A stretch of 64,000 bases of DNA, taken from positions 96,331-160,330 of IMG/VR virus record IMGVR_UViG_3300025646_005482; one strand, 5' to 3'. The notes under the pieces were generated by a model. It searched no databases, was not told where the DNA came from, and was given only the letters and a program-made list of their open reading frames with translations. This document shows, one piece after another, positions 27,492-37,314 of the stretch. The translations under genes and the position numbers were made by a program. How positions within the stretch are numbered: the first letter of the stretch is position 1; every line of letters begins with the position of its first letter. Source of the DNA: a virus.

Positions 27492-29059
27492 TGCCATTTC
27501 TTGGTAGGGCGCCAGTAAGAGCTATCACTGATCTTAGTATCGATGGTTCAACAATACAAAACGCAACGATCGCAAACTCAACGATCACCGCGGGTACAAT
27601 CACGTCTGCAACAATTGATACTGCGACCTTATCAAATACTGCCGTTTCATTAGAAAACGGAACGATTACTAATTGCGATATTTCAGGTGGTACCATCAAT
27701 GCTACTGCTATATCGTCTGGAACAATTACTGATACAGATATTCAAGCTGGCACAGTAAATGCTACCGCTGTAACTTCTACTAGTTTCACTGATATTACTA
27801 TTTCTGGTGGCACAATATCTACCGCATCAATTACATCGGGCACTATCGCTGATGCAGCTATCAGTAATACAAGTATAGAAACTGGTACTATCAACGCTGC
27901 TAGCATTTCAGCTGGTTCGATTAGCGGAACAGATATAGAAGGTGGTACTATCAATGCCACTGCTATTTCAGCTGGTTCTATTAGCGGAGCAGATATCGAA
28001 GGTGGTACAGTAAATGCGACAGCAGTAACTTCAACTAGTTTCTCTGATATTACTATTTCAAGTAGTACTATTAGTTCTACGGCGATCAGTACTGGTTCGA
28101 TATCTGCTGCTAGTATTTCTGCCGGCACGATCGCTGATGCTAGCATAAGCAATACTACTATCACCACTGGTTCTATTACCAGTACGTCTATTACCAGTGC
28201 GGATATCGAAACTAGCACAATAAATGCATCATCGATCTCTGCTGGTACTATTGCTGGTGCTGATATTGATAGCGGTACTATCTCGTCGACGACTATTGAT
28301 ACAGCTACTATATCAAATACTTCTTTGAATCTTACTGGTGGCACTCTTACTGGTGTCGATATCGAAGCTGGTACCATCAATGCAACAACAATTACAGATG
28401 CTTCAATTTCTAATACAACTATAGAGACAGGCACGATCAATGCTGCTAGTATTTCGGCTGGTTCGATATCTGGCGCCGATATTTCTGGTGGTACTATCAC
28501 GTCATCTACAATTGAAAGTGGTACTGTGAACGCGGCTGCAGTGACGTCGACAACATTTACGGATATCGATATCACCGGTGGTACTATCAGCACAGCATCA
28601 ATCAGCGCTGGAACGATTGAAGATGCTAGCATAAGCAATACTACTATCACCACTGGTTCTATTACAAGTACATCCATCAGCTCTGGTACGATTACAAATG
28701 CTGACATTAGTGGTGGTTCTATCACTCACTCTTCGTTCATCGAAAAGAAAGTTGCGGCGACTTCAGGAACCGGCACGAAGACATACAGTCTCAACGATGG
28801 TTCTTCGTTCGAGCACACAGGATCAGGAGCATTTACTGCAAACTTTACGAATGTGCCCGGAACACATACCACTTCTTGGACATTGGAAGTCAACAATGGT
28901 GGAACAGCACACACGATTACATGGCAAGTTGCTGGAGCTGATGCGGTCAATTGGTCAGAAGGTATCATACCTCCACCATCTACAGGCACAGACATCTATA
29001 GCTTTATCTCTGTAGCAGGTACAGTTTATGGATCACTCGCAATAAGGAACGGTAGCTAA
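27491..29059 (+). CDS. Pentapeptide-repeat (I-x-x-x-T/S) fibre protein with shared C-terminal domain
   Basis: About 400 aa with 5-residue periodicity; C-terminus paralogous to those of the genes at 16206 and 25844. Confidence 0.75.
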   Translation: MPFLGRAPVRAITDLSIDGSTIQNATIANSTITAGTITSATIDTATLSNTAVSLENGTITNCDISGGTINATAISSGTITDTDIQAGTVNATAVTSTSFTDITISGGTISTASITSGTIADAAISNTSIETGTINAASISAGSISGTDIEGGTINATAISAGSISGADIEGGTVNATAVTSTSFSDITISSSTISSTAISTGSISAASISAGTIADASISNTTITTGSITSTSITSADIETSTINASSISAGTIAGADIDSGTISSTTIDTATISNTSLNLTGGTLTGVDIEAGTINATTITDASISNTTIETGTINAASISAGSISGADISGGTITSSTIESGTVNAAAVTSTTFTDIDITGGTISTASISAGTIEDASISNTTITTGSITSTSISSGTITNADISGGSITHSSFIEKKVAATSGTGTKTYSLNDGSSFEHTGSGAFTANFTNVPGTHTTSWTLEVNNGGTAHTITWQVAGADAVNWSEGIIPPPSTGTDIYSFISVAGTVYGSLAIRNGS

Positions 29060-31839
29060 TGCCATTTATAGGTAAGGAAAATTTAGCTGGTCAATATGCA
29101 CTATTAGATAGTATCACTACTGATGGTAGTGTTTCATATAGCCTGCTGCGCGACGGAGTAGCGTTCGTACCATACTCTGAGCGAAATATGATCGTGTCTG
29201 TAAACGGTGTCACACAGGCCCCAGTCGCTGCGTATACGATTAGTGGATCAACAATTACATTTGCCGAAGCATTGACATCGAGCGATGTAATTGATTATAT
29301 TCTTATTTTAGGTGATGTATTTGATATTGGTCGACCTTCAGATGACTCAGTTGATACAGCATCAATAAAAGATGGTGCCGTTACGAATGCAAAAATAGAT
29401 ACAATGGCGGCAACAAAACTCACCGGTACTATAGCAAATGCAAGATTGCCAGATGATATTACAATCGGTGGTAATTTAGTTGTCAGTGGTAACCTACAAA
29501 TTGATGGAACAACCACTACAATTAATTCTACTACTCTTACTGTTGACGACAAAAATATTGTTCTTGCTAGTGGAGCTGAAAATGCGGCAGCTGCCGATGG
29601 TGCAGGTATTACTGTTGATGGTGCAAGTGCAACTCTAACTTATAATTCTAGTCCTGATGCATGGTCGTTTAATAAAAATGTGGGTATTGGTACTACGAGT
29701 CCTGATGGAAAGCTCAATGTATTTTCTGCAAGCGCAGGAAGCGTTAGTGCGGATGCCGACGCGGATGAACTTGTTTTAGAAAACAGTGGTAATGTAGGCC
29801 TTAGTTTGTTAACTGCTGGTACGGGCGAGAGTGGCATTTATTTTGGTAATCCAGGCACTAATGGGCAAAAGGATTTTTACTTAAAGTTTTACCACGAATT
29901 ACATGCAACAACAGCAAACCGTAGAGCCTTTACGTTTAATACGGCTTCTACAGAGCGCATGCGTATCGATGCGTCGGGTAATGTTGGAATTGGCACAAAC
30001 AATCCTGCTTATAATTTAGATGTAAGCAAAGGCTCTGCGGGTACAGCCGCTAGGTTTACAGCAAGCACTGATAACGGCCGAGGATTGTCATTTACTTCTT
30101 CTGATAATGGCATTTATCTTGGTGCTATTTGGACACGAGACGTAGCTTCTGCAGCCGGTGTTCATGCTTGGTCTATAAATTCATCTGAAAAAATGCGTAT
30201 TAATAGCGCTGGTGAGTTAAACATCAACGGAACTGGCGCTAATCTTTTAACGGGTAGTGGCAGAGGTGTTCTTTCTATAGATGGTACATCAGACAGCGGT
30301 ATGGAGTTTAAAGCCGCAGGTACAACTTATGGTTATCTTTACACGTCCTCTGGCGAGTATAGACTAGCCGCTTACACAGCAATTCCTCTTACGTTTTTTA
30401 CAAGCAACGCAGAGCGCATGCGTGTCGATAGCTCTGGTCGCTTGCTAGTTGGTAAAACATCGTCAAGCATTACAACTGCTGGAAGTGAAGTGACAAGCGG
30501 ATCAATACTACAATCTGCGTCTAGCACTTCAACAAACCTTGCTACTAACAATGGGGCAGTAATAAACCTGTGTAATATATCAGCTACAGACGGCAACTTT
30601 TCAAACATAGGTGGGTACAACAGTAATGGCTTAGTTGTATCTCAAATGAACTTTATCAATCTAAGTCACTCAAGCAGAACAGGGGCTATTACTTTCTCTA
30701 CGCATAGCGGCTCTGCTCTAAATGAAGCCATGCGTATCGATAGCTCTGGTAACGTAGGTTTTGGACTTACGGCTCCTGGCGCAAGATTAGACATACAAAC
30801 TCCTAGTTATGCCACTAGCACAACTGATGGTATGATTAAGTTTAATGATTCTGTAAATGGACAACACACTGCTATTCAGTCGTATCATGTTGGAGGTCAA
30901 GGCGCTGATATTCATATAGGTACTAATGGCTATGTTAATACTTCGGGCAGTTTTTCTCGATGGTCTGCAAGCTATGCAGGTGCCATTGCTTCTTTCTATA
31001 GACAAGGCGTTATTGCTTTTAATACAAATAGTAGTTCTGGTGCTGTTGCAGAAAGAATGCGTATCGATCCGTCGGGTAATGTCGGTATTGGTACTTCTCC
31101 AACTTATAGATTGGATGTGTCGGGCGCAATTAGGGCGACAAATACCAGCGGTTCAACCATTATTGCTAACAGAACTTCCAATCCAGGTTCATTAGAACTT
31201 CAATATGATGGAACCCAAACTGCGCAGTTTTCAGCGTTATCTGGCGGTGGAGTTGCCACCTATGTAGGTTCTACTCCAACAGAAGCCATGCGTATTGATA
31301 GCTCTGGTAACTTGCTGGTTGCTACTACTGATAATGCTAGCGCAACTGGTACAGTTTCTGGTATTAGGCTTCTTGCCAACGGCATATTTACTGCGGCAAC
31401 GTCATCTGACTCCATGTACATATCTAGAAGAACAACTACTGGTGCTATCATTCAATTTAGGTACAACACAACTAATGTTGGAACTATTAGCACAAACGGC
31501 TCAACAACATCTTACAACACCTCATCAGACTACCGCCTCAAAGAAAACGTAGTAAGTCTAGACAACGCTACAGACCGTCTTAGGCAAATCCCTGTCCATC
31601 GCTTTAATTTTATTGCAGACCCTGACACAACTGTAGACGGATTTGTTGCGCACGAAGTTGCTGATGTAGTCCCTGAAGCTATTGTCGGAACTAAGGACGA
31701 AGTAGACGACGAAGGCAACCCCGTTTATCAAGGTATAGATCAGAGCAAGCTAGTGCCTCTACTGACTGCGGCACTGCAAGAAGCCCTTACTAAGATTGAA
31801 TCACTAGAGACTAGACTCGCTGCACTGGAGGCTAACTAA
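29059..31839 (+). CDS. Tail fibre protein with C-terminal intramolecular chaperone (peptidase S74-like)
   Basis: Repeated ERMRID.SGNVGIG units; SDYRLKENV..GFVAHEV..VPEA..DQSKLVPLL..ALQE coiled coil. Confidence 0.9.
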   Translation: MPFIGKENLAGQYALLDSITTDGSVSYSLLRDGVAFVPYSERNMIVSVNGVTQAPVAAYTISGSTITFAEALTSSDVIDYILILGDVFDIGRPSDDSVDTASIKDGAVTNAKIDTMAATKLTGTIANARLPDDITIGGNLVVSGNLQIDGTTTTINSTTLTVDDKNIVLASGAENAAAADGAGITVDGASATLTYNSSPDAWSFNKNVGIGTTSPDGKLNVFSASAGSVSADADADELVLENSGNVGLSLLTAGTGESGIYFGNPGTNGQKDFYLKFYHELHATTANRRAFTFNTASTERMRIDASGNVGIGTNNPAYNLDVSKGSAGTAARFTASTDNGRGLSFTSSDNGIYLGAIWTRDVASAAGVHAWSINSSEKMRINSAGELNINGTGANLLTGSGRGVLSIDGTSDSGMEFKAAGTTYGYLYTSSGEYRLAAYTAIPLTFFTSNAERMRVDSSGRLLVGKTSSSITTAGSEVTSGSILQSASSTSTNLATNNGAVINLCNISATDGNFSNIGGYNSNGLVVSQMNFINLSHSSRTGAITFSTHSGSALNEAMRIDSSGNVGFGLTAPGARLDIQTPSYATSTTDGMIKFNDSVNGQHTAIQSYHVGGQGADIHIGTNGYVNTSGSFSRWSASYAGAIASFYRQGVIAFNTNSSSGAVAERMRIDPSGNVGIGTSPTYRLDVSGAIRATNTSGSTIIANRTSNPGSLELQYDGTQTAQFSALSGGGVATYVGSTPTEAMRIDSSGNLLVATTDNASATGTVSGIRLLANGIFTAATSSDSMYISRRTTTGAIIQFRYNTTNVGTISTNGSTTSYNTSSDYRLKENVVSLDNATDRLRQIPVHRFNFIADPDTTVDGFVAHEVADVVPEAIVGTKDEVDDEGNPVYQGIDQSKLVPLLTAALQEALTKIESLETRLAALEAN

Positions 31840-31879
31840 TGTCAAGCGCTGTAAATACATAAATAAAAAAACTAGTTTG

Positions 31880-31887
31880 TATAAATA
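31880..31887 (+). promoter_or_regulatory. T4-type late promoter
   Basis: TATAAATA upstream of 31901 and 32016. Confidence 0.75.
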
Positions 31888-31900
31888 ATATGGTAACAAG

Positions 31901-32062
31901 ATGAAACAAACAGGCTTATCTGGAACAATAGAGATTAAAAAGGCCGACGGGTCTGTAATCAAACTAAATTTGAAATCAATAGATAATTCTAAAGAAACCT
32001 TAGGAGAAAACAAAAATGGCGACACTCGAACACCCGACAAACATTCGGAACCTGATCGCTGA
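31901..32062 (+). CDS. Possible 53-aa ORF overlapping the next gene
   Basis: MKQTGLSGTIEIKKADGSVIKLNLKS..., starting 13 nt after the late promoter; no clear SD. Confidence 0.4.
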   Translation: MKQTGLSGTIEIKKADGSVIKLNLKSIDNSKETLGENKNGDTRTPDKHSEPDR

Positions 32063-32417
32063 CACCGTCGTAGATCAAATCGATGCAGGCAGCAGTAACG
32101 GCAAGCTGTACTTCTATGATACTAATGGCGGTGCTAGTGCAGGTGGTACGGTTCTAGCAACTCTTCCTCTGAGCGATCCTGCCTTTGGACCTGCTGCTTC
32201 AGGAACTGCAACGGCTAACACTATTACTTCTAACACGAATACTGGTGCTGGCACCGTACGTTGGTTTGAAGTTGTAGATTCAAACGATAACGTGATCTTT
32301 GAAGGTGATGTAAGTTCAGACGACGACGCTAACGGATCTATTCAGTTGTCATCTACCAATCTGGGTACTGGTGATACTGTCTCCGTAAGCGCGCTCTCTT
32401 ATACAGCTCCGGCTTAA
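32016..32417 (+). CDS. Small beta-rich virion structural protein (putative filament subunit)
   Basis: RN..AD......G.L..Y..LA.LPL..PAFG.A.SG..GT..WF..D..G.V..L.S..G..V.V..YT pattern; strong SD AGGAG; followed by a terminator. Confidence 0.7.
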   Translation: MATLEHPTNIRNLIADTVVDQIDAGSSNGKLYFYDTNGGASAGGTVLATLPLSDPAFGPAASGTATANTITSNTNTGAGTVRWFEVVDSNDNVIFEGDVSSDDDANGSIQLSSTNLGTGDTVSVSALSYTAPA

Positions 32418-32485
32418 TATTTAATGAAAATGGGTAACGTTGTCTTTGACCGTTACCTCACTTTCGGCCAAAGACTAATCACATC

Positions 32486-32511
32486 AAAAGACCGGCTCGA
32501 CCGGTCTTTTT
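32486..32511 (+). terminator. Rho-independent terminator
   Basis: AAAAGACCGG-CTCGA-CCGGTCTTTTT. Confidence 0.75.
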
Positions 32512-32526
32512 CATGCGTGGTGAAAT

Positions 32527-35500
32527 ATGGCTGATAGATTTTACGTAGTAGACGGATATGTCGAGCTCGGTTACGTAGAACGAGAGATCGACGTATCAGC
32601 AGCATTAGCTGCAGAAGCTTCTACACTCAGTGGTACAGCTGAGCGTAATATAGTTTCTACTTCTGGTTCACTTGTATCTAGTGGTTCTTCATTGGGTACT
32701 GGTGAACGCACGATCACTACGACAACCGCTCCTCTAGCATCTCAAAATTCCTCTGTTAGTGGTACTGCTGAAAGAGCAGTCACTGCATCAGGAACATTAG
32801 TATCTGAAAATGTAGCTGTCAGTGGTACAGTTGGAAGAGAAGTTGTAACTGTATCTGCCGCACTCACATCTACAAACTCTACAACAGGTACAGCCGAACG
32901 AGAAATTACGGGAACTGGTACTCTCACCGCCACTAATAGTGTTGTTGGAACAGGTGAGCGTGAGCTCACTGGTTCTGGTACACTGCCACAAAATAATGTT
33001 AGTGTAAGTGGTACAGCTAAACGTACTATTGTATCGACTTCAGCATCACTTACTAGTACAAACTCGTCTACTGGTACTGCTAAACGTGAAGTTACTACAG
33101 TCAATGGTAGTCTGACTACAACCGCATCAGTATCTGGTAGCGGCGAAAGACAAATTACAGGTAGCGGTACTTTAGTTTCCGACAACTCTGCACTTGGCAC
33201 CGGTGAACGTGAGATTACAACAACTACAGCTACACTGACAACATCAGCGAGTGTTAGTGGTACTGGTGAAAGAGAAGTTACTGGTACGGGTACTCTTACT
33301 AGCAATAACTCATCTGTAGGTACTGGCGAAAGAGAAATTACCTCGGTCAGCGCTTCGTTCAGTACGTCAGCATCTGTTAGCGGTATTGGTGAAAGAGAAG
33401 TTACAGGCTCAGGCACACTCACTGCAACTAACTCAAGTACGGGTGTTGGTGAGAGAGAAATAACTGGTTCTGGTACATTACCGCAAAATAATGTGAGTGT
33501 GAGTGGTACAGCAGAACGAACCGTAGTATCGACTTCAGCATCACTTATCAGCACAAACTCATCTGCTGGTACGGCTGAGCGTGAAGTTACTACGGTCAGC
33601 GGTAGTCTGACTACAACTGCCTCAGTGTCTGGAACTGGTGAGAGAGAAGTTACCGGTAGTGGTACTTTAGTTTCTAACAACTCAGCACTTGGTACCGGCG
33701 AGCGCGAAATTACTACGACTACAGCGTTGCTAACAACATCGGCTAGTGTCAGTGGTACTGGTGAAAGAGAAGTCACCGGTTCAGGTACTCTTACTACTAC
33801 TAATTCTATATCTGGTACAGCTGAGCGTGAGGTTACTGGTTCAGGTACTCTTGTAACTACTAACTCAAGTTTGGGCACAGGCGAGCGTGAGATTACAACA
33901 GCTAGTGCATCTCTTACAACAACAGCTTCCGTATCTGGTACTGGTCTCACCGCTAGAACCGCGTCTGGTATTCTTGTATCAAGTGATTCAACAGTTGTAG
34001 GTACTGCAGAACGAGAAATCACTACTGTATCTGCTGCGCTTACATCTACTAATTCATCTACAGGTACCGCTGAGCGTGAAGTTACTACAGTTAGTGCTAC
34101 TCTAACTACGTCTGCATCTATCAGCGGTACAGGTTTACGAACTGTTGTTTCAACATCAGGCGCACTGACATCAAACAACTCTGCACTGGGTACGGGTGAA
34201 CGAGAAATCACCACGACTACAGCGTTGCTAACAACATCGGCTAGTGTTAGTGGTACGGCAGAACGAGAAATTACAGGTACCGGCACACTTACGTCGACGA
34301 ACTCTTCGACGGGTGTTGCAGAACGTGAAGTTACTACTGTTAGTGCTACGCTAACAACTTCTGCATCTGCGAGTGGTACAGGTTTACGAACTGTTGTTTC
34401 GACATCTGCTGCTCTAACATCGAACAACTCTGCGTTGGGTACGGGTGAGCGTGAAATCACTGGCACTGGCACATTACCACAAAATACCGTAAGCGTTAGC
34501 GGTACGGGTGAACGTCAAGTCACTGGTACAGGTACGCTCACTAGTACTAACTCTAGTACAGGTGTTGGCGAAAGAGAAGTTACAACAGTAAATGCAGCTC
34601 TAACTACTTCAGCATCAGTAAGTGGTACTGCAGAGCGCACAGTTGTTTCGACGTCTGCTTCGCTAACATCTAATAATTCAGCACTTGGTACTGGTGAAAG
34701 AGAAATTACCACAACTACAGCGGCATTCACTACGAGTGCATCTGTTTCTGGTACAGGTGAAAGAGAAATTGTAACAGTCGATGCAACTCTTACAACTGAA
34801 GCAAGTGTAAGCGGCACAGGTGTAAGAGAGGTTACAGGCTCAGGTACATTAACATCTACTAATTCAAGTGTAGGTGTAGGTGAACGCGAAATAACATCTG
34901 TATCGGCTACACTACAAAGTGCAATCGCGAGTGTAAGTGGTACAGTAGAACGTGAAGTAACTGGTTCTGGTTCACTTAATTCTACTAATTCAAGTGTCGG
35001 TACTGGTGAACGTGAAATCACATTTGTCAGCGGAGTAACGTCAACTAATTCTTCTGCTTCAGGTACGGGTATTAGAACAGTTACTGGTGCTGGTGTTCTT
35101 ACTACTAGCTCATCAGTCGCGGGTACATTTGAAAGAGAGGTTACCGGTGCTGGTACTCTTGTATCTGGTTCTTCGGCGCTCGGAACTGGTGAGCGTGAGA
35201 TCACGACGACAACAGCACAACTGACTACAACAAATAGTGTATCAGGAACTGGTGAGAGAAGTGTAGTATTTGTCAGTGGTGTAACAGTCGATAACGGCAG
35301 TGTCAGTGGCTCTGGTATCAGAACTGTAGTTGCTAGCGGCGCGCTAAATGCTACTAACTCTTCGACTGGTACAGGTGAAAGAGAAATCACTACAACTGAT
35401 GCAACTCTTGTCACTTCTGCATCTGTTTCCGGTGTAGCTGAACGCGAGGTTACTGGTTCTGGTACATCGATTGCCAACAACGCTTCCGTTTCTGGTACAG

Positions 35501-37245
35501 TTGAGCGATCGGTAGTACTTGTCTCTGGTGTTGCTGCAATCAATTCTAGCTCTGTCAGCGGTACAGTTGAACGCACAGTCGTAACAGTTGATGCATCACT
35601 ACAATCACAGGCTTCAGTCAGCGCAACTGGTGAGCGTGAGGTCGTTGGTACTGGTTCTGCTATATCTGGTTCTTCTGCTCTTGGTACTGGTGAGAGAGAA
35701 ATCACTACTACAACAGCAATTCTTGCATCACAAGTTGCTAGTGTTTCTGGTACAGTTGAAAGAGAAATCAAGTTTGTATCTGGTGTTACATCAGATAATA
35801 GTAGCATTAGCGGCTCTGGTGTCAGAACAGTTACAACTGTCGATGCTAGCATAGTTGCTGGTTCGTCGGTACTTGGTACGGGCGAACGTACTATTACAAC
35901 TACATCTGCGGCTCTAGTTACTTCTGCTACACTGGCTGGTACTGCTGAGCGAGAGATTACAGGCGTCGGTACATTTACTTCAGATATTTCTGTTGTTTCA
36001 GGTACGGTCGAAAGAGAGATTACTGGTACAGGTACACTTGTATCTCAAAACTCAAGCACAGGTGTTGGTGAAAGATCAGTCGTATATGTTAGTGGTATTA
36101 CTACACCTCAGGTTTCACAAGCGAGTGGATCAGGTTTACGTACTGTTGTATCTACAAGCGGCAACTTAGTATCTGACAACTCTGCGCTCGGCACTGGTGA
36201 AAGAGAAATCACGGCAGTATCAGCTGATCTTGTCAGTGTTAATTCAAGTGTTAGTGGTACGACTGAGCGTGTTATTACGGGTGTCGGTACATTACAATCC
36301 GCAGGTTCTACGCTTGGTACTGGTGAGAGAGAAATCACATCTACCTTTGCTGCTCTTACTACCTCGGCATCTGTATCTGCTACGGCCGAAAGAGAAGTTA
36401 AATCTACGCAAGGTAGCCTAGTAACAACAGTATCCGCTGTACAAGCTATAATGGGTCGCGGAGTATCTGGCGCTGGTATCCTCGTATGCAATAACTCTGC
36501 TCTTGGTACAGGTGAACGCGAGATCACTTATAAGAGTGGTGTATCTGCAACTAACTCAGAAGTTTCTGGAACTGGCCTACGAACAGTTGTTCAAACTAGT
36601 GGCGTGCTAGAAGCTACAAATTCTACGATTAACTCTACAGTAGAGCGATCAGTAGTACTTGTATCTGGTGTTACTACAGTCAATTCTAGCTCTGTCAGCG
36701 GTACAGCGACGCGTGTTATAACTGGTTCAGGTAATCTTGTATCTGATAACTCATCTACAGGTGTAGGTGAACGAACAGTTGTAACTGTTGACGGTGACGT
36801 TCAAGGAACAAGTGTTGTTGCTGGTTCTGGTATCAGGTCGATAACACAAACGAATAACGGTGCTCTTGTATCAAATCACTCGGCGCTAGGCACAGGCGTA
36901 CGTATAATCACATCTAAGTTTACTGCGTTGCCACGATCTGCACCAGGAAATGTAAGTGGTATCGCTGAACGACAAATTAAGAAGGTTACTAATATTGTTT
37001 CTGGTAATTCTTCTGCTCTTGGTTCAGGTACACGTACTGTTAATGTCATAAGAGCCGAAATTACTGCACAGCCTGTTTCCATAGCTGTAACTGCTACATA
37101 TAGAAGCTTCCTCAAAACTGCGCAGGCATCGCTAGATATTAGAGTACCGCCTGAGCAGATATTAGTTGCCACAATTAAAGGTACCAAAGAAATAAGTATT
37201 CGTTTGCCTGATCCCAATAAGGCTATCGCAGCGATTGGCAGATAA
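32527..37245 (+). CDS. Very long Ser/Thr-rich repeat structural protein (about 22-aa repeats)
   Basis: Repeats like SGTGEREITGTGTLTSTNSSV over about 1500 aa; N-terminal YVVDGYVELGYV motif. Confidence 0.8.
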   Translation: MADRFYVVDGYVELGYVEREIDVSAALAAEASTLSGTAERNIVSTSGSLVSSGSSLGTGERTITTTTAPLASQNSSVSGTAERAVTASGTLVSENVAVSGTVGREVVTVSAALTSTNSTTGTAEREITGTGTLTATNSVVGTGERELTGSGTLPQNNVSVSGTAKRTIVSTSASLTSTNSSTGTAKREVTTVNGSLTTTASVSGSGERQITGSGTLVSDNSALGTGEREITTTTATLTTSASVSGTGEREVTGTGTLTSNNSSVGTGEREITSVSASFSTSASVSGIGEREVTGSGTLTATNSSTGVGEREITGSGTLPQNNVSVSGTAERTVVSTSASLISTNSSAGTAEREVTTVSGSLTTTASVSGTGEREVTGSGTLVSNNSALGTGEREITTTTALLTTSASVSGTGEREVTGSGTLTTTNSISGTAEREVTGSGTLVTTNSSLGTGEREITTASASLTTTASVSGTGLTARTASGILVSSDSTVVGTAEREITTVSAALTSTNSSTGTAEREVTTVSATLTTSASISGTGLRTVVSTSGALTSNNSALGTGEREITTTTALLTTSASVSGTAEREITGTGTLTSTNSSTGVAEREVTTVSATLTTSASASGTGLRTVVSTSAALTSNNSALGTGEREITGTGTLPQNTVSVSGTGERQVTGTGTLTSTNSSTGVGEREVTTVNAALTTSASVSGTAERTVVSTSASLTSNNSALGTGEREITTTTAAFTTSASVSGTGEREIVTVDATLTTEASVSGTGVREVTGSGTLTSTNSSVGVGEREITSVSATLQSAIASVSGTVEREVTGSGSLNSTNSSVGTGEREITFVSGVTSTNSSASGTGIRTVTGAGVLTTSSSVAGTFEREVTGAGTLVSGSSALGTGEREITTTTAQLTTTNSVSGTGERSVVFVSGVTVDNGSVSGSGIRTVVASGALNATNSSTGTGEREITTTDATLVTSASVSGVAEREVTGSGTSIANNASVSGTVERSVVLVSGVAAINSSSVSGTVERTVVTVDASLQSQASVSATGEREVVGTGSAISGSSALGTGEREITTTTAILASQVASVSGTVEREIKFVSGVTSDNSSISGSGVRTVTTVDASIVAGSSVLGTGERTITTTSAALVTSATLAGTAEREITGVGTFTSDISVVSGTVEREITGTGTLVSQNSSTGVGERSVVYVSGITTPQVSQASGSGLRTVVSTSGNLVSDNSALGTGEREITAVSADLVSVNSSVSGTTERVITGVGTLQSAGSTLGTGEREITSTFAALTTSASVSATAEREVKSTQGSLVTTVSAVQAIMGRGVSGAGILVCNNSALGTGEREITYKSGVSATNSEVSGTGLRTVVQTSGVLEATNSTINSTVERSVVLVSGVTTVNSSSVSGTATRVITGSGNLVSDNSSTGVGERTVVTVDGDVQGTSVVAGSGIRSITQTNNGALVSNHSALGTGVRIITSKFTALPRSAPGNVSGIAERQIKKVTNIVSGNSSALGSGTRTVNVIRAEITAQPVSIAVTATYRSFLKTAQASLDIRVPPEQILVATIKGTKEISIRLPDPNKAIAAIGR

Positions 37246-37314
37246 TATGCACAGCTGTGACAAAACTAGGGATGCAAGTTAGATAAATAAAAAATAATAA
37301 GACGGAGAAACAAG

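Noticed and set aside
27742-28725. 327-aa minus-strand ORF
   Set aside because: Antisense shadow of the pentapeptide repeat gene.
16923-29059. Shared fibre C-termini as DGR template/variable repeats
   Set aside because: All three copies are coding, the differences are not adenine-specific and include indels, and there is no reverse transcriptase in the window.
32742-37217. Long minus-strand ORFs (576, 445, 139 and 113 aa) opposite the Ser/Thr repeat gene
   Set aside because: Shadow ORFs produced by repetitive, biased codon usage; no start signals or independent motifs.
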